Shown here one piece after another: positions 12,334 through 21,841 of a stretch of DNA of 64,000 nucleotides. Numbering within the stretch: the first letter of the stretch is position 1; the number at the start of each line of letters is the position of its first letter. The stretch is from contig JABTUH010000016.1 in NCBI GenBank assembly GCA_015075455.1, forward strand, positions 64,001 through 128,000. Direction: 5' to 3'. Origin of the DNA: Kofleriaceae bacterium (GTDB lineage Bacteria; Myxococcota_A; Polyangia; Haliangiales; Haliangiaceae). Position numbers and translations under genes: made by a program. The notes below the pieces were generated by a model. It saw only the letters and a program-made list of their open reading frames with translations. It was not told the DNA's origin and did not search any database.

Positions 12334-12573
12334 GGCCGCGAGCTGGGCCCGCGAGCCGCCGAGGCCGCGACCTGCCGAGGCCGGGGCGAGCTCCGGTGGC
12401 CCTCCGGGGTGGCCGGATTCCGGCCGGGTGGCCGGATCCCGGCCGGCCTCGCGTCCGGATCTCGGACACCGTAGCCGCAAGCCCGCGAGATCGGTAGCAC
12501 GCCCGCCTGGTCCGGCCCTTGCTCTGCCCCCGCGCGAACCACACCCGCGCCGAGCGCGGAACGGAGAGCGCAC

Positions 12574-15507
12574 ATGGGCTGGACGAACTGGATGACGATG
12601 ACGCTGGTGCTGGCCGCGGTCGCGGGCTGCACCGAGGGAGTGATCGTGGGCGGCGGCGGCGGGTCGCGGTACGACCGCGAGGTCAAGGGCGGCAACCTCC
12701 ACCACGCGGCGGTCGAGGGCGCGAGCCGGACCGACCTCGATCTCGGGCGCGTCCTGGCGAGCGCGCCGGCGCTGGCGCCCGCGGTGGGGCCGCTGGCGGC
12801 GGGTGACTTCACGATCACCACCGCCACCTCGCGCGGGGCGACCGGGCGACCGCTGATCCACGCGATGGCCCAGCAGCACGTCGGCGGCGTGCCCATCGTC
12901 GACAGCCACCTCTACCTGACGGTGGCGCCGGGGCCGGGCCAGGGCGAGGGCCAGCTCGTGGCGTCGAGCTACCGCCTCTTCCACGGCGCCGACGTCGACG
13001 TGACCCCGTCCGTCGATCGCGCCCGGGCCGAGGCCCGGGCCCGCGCGGTGCTGCGCGCCCCGGCCGACGCCGCCGTGCGCGAGGCGCGGCTGGTGATCCG
13101 CGAGCGGAGCGGCGCGCTCGCCCTGGTGTGGGACGTGACCCTCGATGGTCACGACGGCCGCGCCCTGATCCACGCCAGCGGCCCGCGCGCCGGCACCGCC
13201 GACGTGCTCGACGATCGGGTGTACGAGACCAGCGGCACGGTGTCGGCGTGGGTCGCGGTCGGCGGCGCCCCCGGCGCCGGCGGCGAGCCGCGGCTGGTCG
13301 CCCAGGCCGACACGATGGTCCTCGCCGGCGTGGTGTCGACCTCGACCGCCGGCGACGGTCGCTACCTCCTGGCCGCGCCGGCCGGCTCGATCGTGACGAC
13401 GACCGTCGCCGGGCTCGCGGCGCTGGTCACGGACGTCGGCGGGCTCGCGGTCGAGGCCTCGGCCCCGGCCGCGCCGGAGGTCGACCTGACCCTGGGCGGC
13501 GCCAGCGAGCGCGAGCTGGCCATGACCACCGCCTACCACTTCACGACCGCGGCGCGCCGCTTCCTGCTCGCCAACGGCGTCCCCGCCAGCGTGCTGGGCG
13601 CGCCGCTCGCCACCCGGGTCAACCTGGCCTCGACGTGCAACGCCTACTACTCGCCGGCGGGGCGCACGATCAACTTCTTCCGCGCCGGCGGCGGCTGCAA
13701 CAACAGCGCCGAGGCCAGCATCATCGCCCACGAGTACGGCCACTTCGTGGACGACACCTTCGGCGGCATCACCGACGGCGGGCTGAGCGAGGGCTGGGGC
13801 GATCTGCTGGCCTGCTTCCTCCTCCGCGATCCGGTGATCGGCGGCGATCTGTTCCACTCGAGCGGCCAGCTCCGGACCTGCGACAACGACTACCGCTACC
13901 CGCGCAGCGGCCACGACAGCGTCCACGAGCTGGGGCAGGCGTGGTCCGGGTTCGCCTGGCACGCCCGCGCCGGCCTCATGGCCGCGCACGGCGCCGAGGC
14001 CGGCGAGGCCCGCGCCCGCGCCCTGATCATGCCGTCCCTGGTCACCAACGCGCCCGACATCCCGGCCGCGGTGCGCGAGGTCTTCCTGCGCGACGACGAC
14101 GATGGCGACCTGCGCAACGGGACCCCGAACTGGGACGTGCTCCTGGCCGCGGCCGAGCGCCACGGCCTGCGCTTCGCCGTCGACGTCGACCACGGCCCGC
14201 CCGGCGCCGTCACCGATCTGATCGCGACCGCGGTCACCCCCACCACCGTCACCCTGCGCTGGACCGCGCCCGGTGATGACGGCGATCACGGCACCGCCGC
14301 GCGCTACGAGCTGCGCTGGGCGCTCGAGCCCATCGACGAGGCCAGCTTCGCCGCCGCCGCTCACCTGCCGGCCCCGGCGCCGCTGCCGGCGGGTCACCTC
14401 CAGACCACGACCGTGTCGGTGCCGCCGGTCGAGCGGCTCTACCTGGCGCTGCGCGCCATCGACGAGCTCGACCACGCCGGCGCGCTCTCGAACGTGATCG
14501 AGGTCGAGCTGCCGGCGCCCCGGGTGATCTGGAGCGACGGCGCCGAGGCCGGCCTCGGCCCGTGGCAGGCGACCGGGCTGTGGCACGTCAGCGAGCGACG
14601 GGCGGCGGCGGGCCAGCGCGCCTTCCGCTACGGCGACGACGCCACCGGCACCTACGACACGCCCGGCCGGGCCAACCAGGGCGCGCTGCTGTCGCCGATC
14701 ATCGACCTCGACGCGGCCGTCGCGCCCCGCCTGACCTGGCGCGAGCATGTCGACGTCGAGGAGTCGACGACCTACGACCTGCTCCGGGTCGAGGTCTTCG
14801 ACGTCGACGATCCTTCGATCGCGGTCAGCGGCGAGAAGCTCCACGGCCGCACCGCCGGGTTCACGCCGCGCCTCGTCGACCTGAGCGGGCTGGTCGGTCG
14901 GCGGGTCCGGATCCGCCTGTGGTTCGACACCGTCGACGCGGCGATCAACGACGGCGAGGGCTGGTACGTCGACGAGCTGCGCGTGCTCGGCGACCAGGGG
15001 CCGGCGCCGGAGCCGCCCGCCGGCGGCCGCCTCCTCGTCAACGAGCTGCTCGCCGATCCGCCGGCCGGCTACGACGCCAGCGGCGACGGGATCGCCAGCC
15101 CCACCGCCGACGAGTTCGTCGAGCTCGTGAACATCGGCGACCGGCCGCTCGACCTCGGCGGGGCCACCATCACCGACGACGTCGCGGTGCGCGGCACGTT
15201 CCCACCCGGGACCGTGCTGGCCCCGGGCGAGGTCCTGGTCCTGTTCGGCGGCGGCGTGCCGGCGCTGCCCGGCGTCCGCACCATGGTCCTCGGCCCGCTC
15301 GCGCTCAACAACGGCGGCGACACCGTGACCATCCGCGGCGCCGGCGGCGAGGTCCTGGCCCAGCTCGCCTACGGCAGCGCCGCCGGGGACGACCAGTCGC
15401 TCACCCGCGCGGTCGACCACGACCCCGAGGCCCCGCTCGTCAAGCACCGCACGCTCTCGTCCGCCCCGGCCTCACCCGGCCGGCGCGCCACCGACCCCGT
15501 GCCCTGA
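12574..15507 (+). CDS. secreted zinc metalloprotease lipoprotein (gluzincin HExxH...E, M4/M36-like) with an FN3-like segment and a C-terminal lamin-tail domain
   Basis: ATG at 12574, with RBS GGAGAG 8 nt upstream. Lipobox LAAVAGC. The metal site is HEYGHFVDD...SEGWGD. The lamin-tail-domain-like C-terminus reads LLVNELLADP...EFVELVNIGDRPLDLGGATI. Confidence 0.85.
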   Translation: MGWTNWMTMTLVLAAVAGCTEGVIVGGGGGSRYDREVKGGNLHHAAVEGASRTDLDLGRVLASAPALAPAVGPLAAGDFTITTATSRGATGRPLIHAMAQQHVGGVPIVDSHLYLTVAPGPGQGEGQLVASSYRLFHGADVDVTPSVDRARAEARARAVLRAPADAAVREARLVIRERSGALALVWDVTLDGHDGRALIHASGPRAGTADVLDDRVYETSGTVSAWVAVGGAPGAGGEPRLVAQADTMVLAGVVSTSTAGDGRYLLAAPAGSIVTTTVAGLAALVTDVGGLAVEASAPAAPEVDLTLGGASERELAMTTAYHFTTAARRFLLANGVPASVLGAPLATRVNLASTCNAYYSPAGRTINFFRAGGGCNNSAEASIIAHEYGHFVDDTFGGITDGGLSEGWGDLLACFLLRDPVIGGDLFHSSGQLRTCDNDYRYPRSGHDSVHELGQAWSGFAWHARAGLMAAHGAEAGEARARALIMPSLVTNAPDIPAAVREVFLRDDDDGDLRNGTPNWDVLLAAAERHGLRFAVDVDHGPPGAVTDLIATAVTPTTVTLRWTAPGDDGDHGTAARYELRWALEPIDEASFAAAAHLPAPAPLPAGHLQTTTVSVPPVERLYLALRAIDELDHAGALSNVIEVELPAPRVIWSDGAEAGLGPWQATGLWHVSERRAAAGQRAFRYGDDATGTYDTPGRANQGALLSPIIDLDAAVAPRLTWREHVDVEESTTYDLLRVEVFDVDDPSIAVSGEKLHGRTAGFTPRLVDLSGLVGRRVRIRLWFDTVDAAINDGEGWYVDELRVLGDQGPAPEPPAGGRLLVNELLADPPAGYDASGDGIASPTADEFVELVNIGDRPLDLGGATITDDVAVRGTFPPGTVLAPGEVLVLFGGGVPALPGVRTMVLGPLALNNGGDTVTIRGAGGEVLAQLAYGSAAGDDQSLTRAVDHDPEAPLVKHRTLSSAPASPGRRATDPVP

Positions 15508-15514
15508 CCTCGGA

Positions 15515-15535
15515 GCGTGTGAAGGAATCACACGC
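15515..15535. terminator. candidate bidirectional hairpin terminator between convergent genes
   Basis: GCGTGTGA-AGGAA-TCACACGC is a perfect 8-bp stem with a 5-nt loop. It sits between the protease stop (15507) and the VWA gene stop (15593). Confidence 0.35.
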
Positions 15536-15592
15536 CCTGGTCTCGGTGGAGGCTGGCGAGTCCCGTCGCCGGGCCACGGCGGCCGCCGCAGC

Positions 15593-17061
15593 TCACGGGC
15601 CGTAGAGCGTGCCCTGCGGGGCGCGCTCCTCGATCAGCCGCAGCATCGCCGCCGCCAGCTCGACCTCGGGCGTGAGCGTCGGATCGGCGAGCGCGGCGGC
15701 GTCGGCGGCGAAGCGGTCGTGGGCGGCGCGCATGATCGTGGTGGCGAGCGCCGGATCACCCGCGTACGAGGCCGCGGCGTCGTGCATGCCCGACACCAGG
15801 AGGGCCAGCGCCGTGGTCCGGGCCGTCGCCTCCTGGGCGAACCAGTGGCCGCGCTCGTCGAGGGGCGCGCCGTCGCGGCTCGCGCGCAGCGTGGTCACCC
15901 GCGGCACGCCGGCCGGGTTGACCCACCGCAGCTCGGCGTCGGCGTAGGCCAGCGCCAGGGCGCCCTCCTCGGCCTCGACCAGCGACACCAGCAGGGCGCC
16001 GCGGCGCTTCGACAGGAACACGGTCGCGACCTCGAGCCGGGGCTCCTCGCCGAAGCCGACCGGAAAGCCGTAGCCCTGCTCGATCGCCAGGCCCGCGCTG
16101 TGGCGGACCTCGACGCCGAGATCGTAGGCGATGGGCGACGCGAACCACGGCCACTCGTCGGCCATGAAGCTCGCCACGTCCTCGGCCCGCTGCATGCTGA
16201 AGGCGTTGGCGCCGCGGACCTTGGCCATGCTCTGCAGCACCTCGGGGCCGACGCCGAGGCCCAGGGCCAGGACCGAGATGTGGACGCCGTCGGCGGCGCC
16301 CCGGCTGACCAGGTCGTCGAACGCGGTGGGCGAGGTCGGGCCGACGTTGGGCTGGACGTCGGTGAACAGCACCACCCGCACGTGCGGGCGACCGGCGGCC
16401 CGCGCCTGCCGCCCCAGCTCGTAGGCGCGCACCAGCCCGCCGTGCATGTCGGTCGCCCCGCCCTCGCGCAGGCCGTCGACGACGCCCCGGATCGCGGCCT
16501 TGTCGGCGCCGCTGGTCAGGCCCAGGGGCGTGCGCACCGAGCTGCCGTAGGTGACGATCGCGACCTGATCGCCGCCGTCGATCGCGTCGACCAGCCCGTG
16601 CATCAGCCGCCGCGACAGGTAGCCGGGAGTCGGGTACTCCTCGCCGCCGCTGCCCCAGCCCATGGAGCCCGACACGTCGACCGCGAAGATGAAGGTGGTG
16701 GCCGGGCGCTGGAACAGCTCGGGCACGACGTTGGACGACAGCCCGACCTGCAGCCAGCCCCGCGGGTCGCCGTCGCGGTCGGGGGCCACCCCCAGCGCGG
16801 TGCGCAGGCACAGGGTGTCGTTGCACGGCGCGCCGGTCAGCCCGAGGTCGTGCTCGGCGAACATGGCCTCGACCAGGAGCGCGGCCGCCGGCGGGATCTG
16901 TCCGTTGGCGATGAGCTCGCGGGCCAGCTTCAGGTCCTTGACCCCACCCGGGGTCGCGCCGAAGTCGCCGCCGCCGGAACCGTGGAGGTCGCCACCGCAG
17001 GCCGCGGCCAGGGCGAGGAGCGGGGCCAGGAGGATGGAACGCGCGACGCGGTGGTGTCTCA
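15593..17061 (-). CDS. von Willebrand factor type A (VWA) domain lipoprotein
   Basis: ATG at 17061 gives MRHHRVARSILLAPLLALAAAC|GG (lipobox). The VWA MIDAS motif is FIFAVDVSGSMG... Confidence 0.8.
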
Positions 17062-17226
17062 TGCGCCCTCCCCCTCGCACCCGCCGTACCAGCCCACCGC
17101 GGGACGGTCCGCGTACTTGGCGGCCGCGGGTCGAGCGCGTGGCCCGGGGACAGGACATCGATGTCGCGCTCGCGGTCGGGGGCCCCGCCGCCGTGCGCGC
17201 CCTCGCCGCCGGATATACTCGGCGCG

Positions 17227-20200
17227 ATGAGCGAAGGCCCAGGCGCGAGGTCCTCCCGGCGTGGTTCGGCCACCGCACGCCGCCGGCGCAAGGTGGCGTG
17301 GGCGCACCGCCTGCGCCGGGTCGGGATGGCGTGGCAGAACGCGATCGAGATCGTCCGCGCCGGCCGGCTGACCGCCCCCTACGGCGCGCCGTTCGCGATC
17401 GCCCACGAGACCCCGATCTACAAGCTCCGGCACTACCGCGCCGACGACGTACCGGCGCGCGGCGCGCCGCTCCTCCTGGTGCCGCCGCTGATGGTCGCCT
17501 CCGAGGTCTACGACATCGCGCCCGACATCAGCTCGATCAACTACCTGACCCGGGCCGGCGTCGACGTCTGGCTCACCGACTTCGGCGCCCCCGAGCGCGA
17601 GGCCGGCGGCATGGAGCGGACCCTCGACGATCACGTGCGGGCGGTGTCCGACGCCGTCGACCGGGTCCGCGCCGCCACCGGCCGCGACGTCCACCTCGCC
17701 GGCTACTCCCAGGGCGGCATGTTCGCCTACCAGGTGGCGGCCTTCCGCCGCTCCGCCGGCCTGGCCTCGGTCATCACCTTCGGCAGCCCGGTCGACATCC
17801 ACCGCACCGTGCCCATCGCCGACCAGCTCGTCGAGCGCATGGTCGCCGGGCTGCAGCGCGCGGTCACCCTGCCCCTCGATCACATCGACGGCCTGCCCGG
17901 CTTCCTGACCTCGACCGGCTTCCGGCTGCTGAGCGCGCGCAAGGAGATCGGCCAGCTCTTCGACTTCGTCAGCAAGCTGCACGATCGCTCGGCGCTGGAG
18001 AAGCGCGAGGCCCGCCGCCTGTTCCTCGGCGGCCAGGGCTTCGTGGCCTGGCCGGGGCCGGCGCTGCGCAAGTTCATCGACGAGATCATCGTCGCCAACC
18101 GCATGACCTCGGGCGGCATCGTCATCGACGGCCACGCCGTGACCCTGGCCGACATCAGCTCGCCCATCCTCTACTTCCTGGGCGAGCGCGACGAGATGGG
18201 CCGGCCGGCGGCGGTGCGCGGCATCCGCAAGGCGGTGCCGGCGGTCGAGGCGCTGTACGAGGTCCCGGTCAAGGCCGGCCACTTCGGCCTGGTGGTGGGC
18301 TCGACCGCGCTCGCGATCACCTGGCCGACCGTGGTCGAGTGGATCCGCTGGCGCGACGGCGACGGCCCGCCGCCGGTGCGCGCGGTGCCGGTGCCGACGC
18401 GGGACGCCGGCGGCGCCGCCGGGCGCGGCGCCCGGGACGAGGACGACGACGGTCGCGACGAGGCCGACGACGAGGCCGACGCCGGCGTCGACGACGACGA
18501 CATCGAGGCCGCGTTCGGCGAGCTGCAGTTCGACCTCGAGCTGGTGCAGGACGTGATCGGCAACACCGCGCGCGCCGTCCTCGACCGCATCGGCGACGTC
18601 AGCACCGATCTCGGCGACTACCTCGACAACCTGCGCTGGCAGGTGCCGCGCCTGCGCCGCCTGCGCAACCTGCGCGACGACACCGCGATCTCGCTGGGGC
18701 GGACGCTGGCCGATCAGGCCCGCACCATCCCCGAGCGCACGTTCTTCCTGTGGAAGGACCGGGCCTTCACCTACGCCGAGGCCAACCGCCGGGTCGACGC
18801 CGTTGCCCGCGGCCTCATGCAGTGCGGGGTCCGCCCCGGGCTCCGGGTGGCGGTGCTGATGGGCGGGCGGCCCAGCTACTTCTCGGCGGTGACCGCGCTG
18901 TCGCGGATCGGCGCGGTGGCGGTCCTGATCGCCCCCGCCACCCCCGACGCCGCGCTCGGCCGCGCCTTCGACGTCGGCGAGTGCGAGGCCGTGATCGCCG
19001 ATCCCGAGCTGGCGCCGCGGGTGCGGGCGGTGTGGGCCGGCAAGCTGCTGGTGCTGGGCGGCGCCCACGACGCCCGCGCCCTGCCCGCCGGCGCCGTCGA
19101 CCTCGAGGCCATCGATCCGGCGGCGCAGCCCCCGCCCGCCTGGTACCGTCCGGATCCCGGACGCGCTCGCGATCTGGCCCTGGTCTTCGTCTCCGGCGGC
19201 GCGTTCTCGGCGCCGCGGGCCAGCCGCATCACCAACCGGCGCTGGGCGTTCTCGGCCCTGGGCGCCGCCGCCACCTGCACCCTGTCCAACCGCGACACCG
19301 TCTACTGCTGTCTGCCGCTCCACCACCCGACCGCGATGCTGGTCGCCGCCGGCAGCGCCCTGGCCGGCGGCGCCCGCCTCGCCCTGGCCTCGGAGTTCCG
19401 CCCCGACGTGTTCTGGCGCGAGGTCCGCCGCTACGGCGTGACCGTCGTGTACTACGCGGGCGAGCTGTGCCGGCCGCTGGTGCTGGCGCCGCCGATGCTG
19501 GGCGAGCACAACCACCCGATCCGCCTGTTCGCCGGCTCGGGCATGCGCCCCGATCTGTGGCGCAAGCTGCTCGACCGGTTCGGCCCGGTCGGCGTGCTCG
19601 AGTTCTACGCCTCGACCGAGGCCTCGGCGGTGCTGGCCAACGCCTCGGGGCAGAAGGTGGGCGCCGTGGGGCGCCCGCTGCCGGGCAGCCCGGAGCTGGC
19701 GATCGCCGCCTACGACTTCGACGCCGACGAGCTGATCCGCGACGCCGCCGGCCGGCTGGTGCGCGCCCGCGTCGACGAGCCCGGCATGCTGGTGACCCGG
19801 CTCGACTCGCCGCGCGGCATCGCCGACGTCGCCCACCTGCCGCCGGCCCGTCTGCTGCGCGACGCCTTCGCCCCCGGCGACACCTGGTTCTTCTCCGGCG
19901 ACATCCTGACGATCGACGGCGACGGCGACTACTGGTTCGTCGATCGCTGGGGCGACACGATCCGCACCGCCGCCGGACCGGTCACCACCCGCCGCATCGA
20001 GGACGCGCTGCACGGCGTGCCGGCGGTGCTGGCATGCGCGGCGGTCGGCGTGACCATGACCGGCGAGCCGGGCGAGGTGCCGGCCGCCGCGTTCGCGCTC
20101 ACCGCCGGCGCCGCGCTCGATCTCGCCGCGCTGTCGGCGGCGGTGGCGACTCTGCCCGAGCACATGCGCCCGCGCCGCCTGCGCCGGGTCGAGGGCATCC

Positions 20201-20394
20201 CCATGACCGACGGCTTCCGCCCGCTCAAGAAGCCCATCCAGGATCTCGGCTTCGCCGACGGCCCCGACGTGTGGGCGTGGGACGCCGCCACCGCCAGCTA
20301 CCGCGGCACGGCGCGCGCCGCCGCCGCCGAGCCCGCCGCCACCGCCGAGCCCGCCGCCGACCGCGTGGGCCCGTCCACCGACCTGCTATCCTGA
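17227..20394 (+). CDS. bifunctional protein: N-terminal PhaC-like alpha/beta hydrolase (Ser in the lipase box) fused to an acyl-AMP ligase (FadD/FAAL-like adenylation domain)
   Basis: N-terminal ~400 aa: LLLVPPLMVASEVYDIAPDISSINYLTRAGVDVWLTDFGAP and a GYSQGG nucleophile elbow (PHA-synthase-like; the PhaC lipase box is GxCxGG). C-terminal ~600 aa: AMP-binding motifs (TFFLWKDRAFTYAEAN, YFLGERD..., LVFVSGGAFSAPR-like core, TGD-like DTWFFSGD, GDTIRTAAG). No carrier-protein domain is visible. An ATG at 17227 lies 8 nt after a TATACT element. Alternative in-frame starts: GTG at 17161 (MSRSRSGAPPP...) and ATG at 17326 (MAWQNAIEIVRAGRL...), the latter sitting just before the hydrolase domain. Confidence 0.8.
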   Translation: MSEGPGARSSRRGSATARRRRKVAWAHRLRRVGMAWQNAIEIVRAGRLTAPYGAPFAIAHETPIYKLRHYRADDVPARGAPLLLVPPLMVASEVYDIAPDISSINYLTRAGVDVWLTDFGAPEREAGGMERTLDDHVRAVSDAVDRVRAATGRDVHLAGYSQGGMFAYQVAAFRRSAGLASVITFGSPVDIHRTVPIADQLVERMVAGLQRAVTLPLDHIDGLPGFLTSTGFRLLSARKEIGQLFDFVSKLHDRSALEKREARRLFLGGQGFVAWPGPALRKFIDEIIVANRMTSGGIVIDGHAVTLADISSPILYFLGERDEMGRPAAVRGIRKAVPAVEALYEVPVKAGHFGLVVGSTALAITWPTVVEWIRWRDGDGPPPVRAVPVPTRDAGGAAGRGARDEDDDGRDEADDEADAGVDDDDIEAAFGELQFDLELVQDVIGNTARAVLDRIGDVSTDLGDYLDNLRWQVPRLRRLRNLRDDTAISLGRTLADQARTIPERTFFLWKDRAFTYAEANRRVDAVARGLMQCGVRPGLRVAVLMGGRPSYFSAVTALSRIGAVAVLIAPATPDAALGRAFDVGECEAVIADPELAPRVRAVWAGKLLVLGGAHDARALPAGAVDLEAIDPAAQPPPAWYRPDPGRARDLALVFVSGGAFSAPRASRITNRRWAFSALGAAATCTLSNRDTVYCCLPLHHPTAMLVAAGSALAGGARLALASEFRPDVFWREVRRYGVTVVYYAGELCRPLVLAPPMLGEHNHPIRLFAGSGMRPDLWRKLLDRFGPVGVLEFYASTEASAVLANASGQKVGAVGRPLPGSPELAIAAYDFDADELIRDAAGRLVRARVDEPGMLVTRLDSPRGIADVAHLPPARLLRDAFAPGDTWFFSGDILTIDGDGDYWFVDRWGDTIRTAAGPVTTRRIEDALHGVPAVLACAAVGVTMTGEPGEVPAAAFALTAGAALDLAALSAAVATLPEHMRPRRLRRVEGIPMTDGFRPLKKPIQDLGFADGPDVWAWDAATASYRGTARAAAAEPAATAEPAADRVGPSTDLLS

Positions 20395-20405
20395 GCCGGC
20401 GCCCG

Positions 20406-21245
20406 ATGATCCTGGCCTGCACCGCCTGCTCGCTCCGCCACGATGTCTCCGGGTACGGCGCCGGCCAGCTCTTCCGCTGCCGCTGCGGCCAGGTGCTGGC
20501 CATCGACGCCGCGCCGGCGCAGGCCGGGCTCCTGGCCTGCCCGCGCTGCGGCGCCGGCGTGGCGCCGACCGACCGGGCGTGCGGGCACTGCCAGGCCCCG
20601 CTGCTCCTGCGGAGCTGCCCGCGCTGCCTGGGGCGCGCCTTCCACGAGCACAAGCACTGCCCGGCGTGCGGCACCGCGCTCGACGTCGCCGCGGTCGGCG
20701 AGGCCACCGCCGAGCGGCCGTGTCCACGCTGCCCCGCGCCCATGCACCCGCGCCGCGTCGGCGATCTCGTGATCGACGAGTGCCTGACCTGCCACGGCGT
20801 CTTCCTCGATCACGTCGCGGTCCAGCGGGTGGTGACCGATCGCCAGCAGGCCCGGGCCGAGGCGATCCTGGCCACGGTGCCGCGGGCCGAGGTCGCGCCC
20901 ACCCACGCCGGCGGGCGGATGTACGTGAAGTGCCCGATGTGCGGCACGCTCATGAACCGCAAGCAGTTCAGCGCCGGCTCGGGGGTGATCATCGACGTCT
21001 GCCGCGCCCACGGCGCCTTCTTCGATCCCGGCGAGCTGCCCCACGTCATCACGTTCGTCATGAGCGGGGGCCTCGAGCAGGCGCAGCGGAAGGAGCTCGA
21101 GCGCGAGCGCGCGGCCATCCGGCGCGAGCGCGACAACGCGCAGTTCGCGGCCATGATGGCGGCGCGCTCGTCGACGCGCGCCCACGGCGAGACCCGCGAC
21201 CGCTCGGGCGCGCTGGTCGATCTGCTGCTCGCGCTGTGGCGCTAG
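20406..21245 (+). CDS. zinc-ribbon domain protein (three CxxC...CxxC modules) with a C-terminal charged/coiled-coil region
   Basis: ATG at 20406, 12 nt after the stop of the ligase fusion gene. The modules are CTACS...CRCG, CPRCG...CGHC, CPRC...CPAC, CPRC...CLTCHGVF and CPMCG...CRAHGAFFD. Confidence 0.7.
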   Translation: MILACTACSLRHDVSGYGAGQLFRCRCGQVLAIDAAPAQAGLLACPRCGAGVAPTDRACGHCQAPLLLRSCPRCLGRAFHEHKHCPACGTALDVAAVGEATAERPCPRCPAPMHPRRVGDLVIDECLTCHGVFLDHVAVQRVVTDRQQARAEAILATVPRAEVAPTHAGGRMYVKCPMCGTLMNRKQFSAGSGVIIDVCRAHGAFFDPGELPHVITFVMSGGLEQAQRKELERERAAIRRERDNAQFAAMMAARSSTRAHGETRDRSGALVDLLLALWR

Positions 21246-21333
21246 CGAGGCCTTCGGTGCGCGCCGACGCGTGCGCGCCCGGCCGCGGCGCGAGAGGAAG
21301 GACGCGCGCGGCCATCTGTGTGGTGAGACGGGG

Positions 21334-21405
21334 TGAGGGCGGTAGGACTCGAACCTACAACCAGCGGATTAAGAGTCCGATGCTCTACCATTGAGCTACG
21401 CCCCC
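21334..21405 (-). tRNA. tRNA-Lys (anticodon CTT)
   Basis: A manual cloverleaf fits: GGGGGCG/TA/GCTC-AATGGTA-GAGC/A/TCGGA-CTCTTAA-TCCGC/TGGTT/GTAGG-TTCGAGT-CCTAC/CGCCCTC-A. Length is 72 nt and CCA is not encoded. Confidence 0.85.
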
Positions 21406-21434
21406 GGACTTCTAAGCTATCCTCTTGTTTTCAG

Positions 21435-21508
21435 TGAGCTCGGGGCGACTCGAACGCCCGACCTACGGGTTCGAAGCCCGGCGCTCTATCCAACTGAGCT
21501 ACGAGCCC
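21435..21508 (-). tRNA. tRNA-Arg (anticodon TCG)
   Basis: GGGCTCG/TA/GCTC-AGTTGGATA-GAGC/G/CCGGG-CTTCGAA-CCCGT/AGGTC/GGGCG-TTCGAGT-CGCCC/CGAGCTC-A. The D arm is identical in type to known tRNA-Arg. There is one C:U mismatch at 27:43. Length is 74 nt. Confidence 0.8.
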
Positions 21509-21528
21509 TCGCGACGAGGCCGGCCGGA

Positions 21529-21557
21529 TAGATAGAGAACCCGCCGCGCGGTGTCAA
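21529..21557 (-). promoter_or_regulatory. sigma70-type promoter for the tRNA-Arg/tRNA-Lys operon
   Basis: On the minus strand: TTGACA (21557..21552), a 17-nt spacer, then TATCTA (21534..21529). The -10 lies 20 nt upstream of the tRNA-Arg 5' end. Confidence 0.5.
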
Positions 21558-21841
21558 GGGACCGGCCGCCGAAGTGCAGGCGCACGGCCTGCCGACCGGG
21601 GGATGGCCCCCGGATCGGGGGACGGCGCCTGTGGGTCAGCGCCCACACCGTGAGCATCACCCCACGTTTCGCTGGGGGGGAAGTCACCAGGAAGCGCCTG
21701 ATTTTTCAGGGGTTCGAAGCAGAAAGGGGCTTCAAGAAGCGGCCTGACCGCTATATCATGCTGCCGACATTGCCCGTGAGAGGCACCGCGGTCGCTCGGG
21801 AGGCGACCACGGTGTTCGACCAGACCGGGGAGGCCATCGCC

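Noticed and set aside
11056-15447. 1,463-aa ORF on the minus strand
   Set aside because: It is antisense to the well-supported metalloprotease gene. Its composition is Arg/Ala/Gly-dominated with no recognisable motifs, which makes it a high-GC stop-free artefact. The same reasoning applies to 16662..20400 (+), 17059..20163 (-), 21554..22921 (-), 23105..26527 (-), 46768..50241 (-), 56500..58746 (-), 58578..60578 (-) and 2198..4564 (-).
21245-21560. tRNA-associated genomic island
   Set aside because: No integrase, direct-repeat att duplication or compositional break is visible adjacent to the tRNA 3' ends. The flanking genes have the same GC and codon style as the rest of the window.
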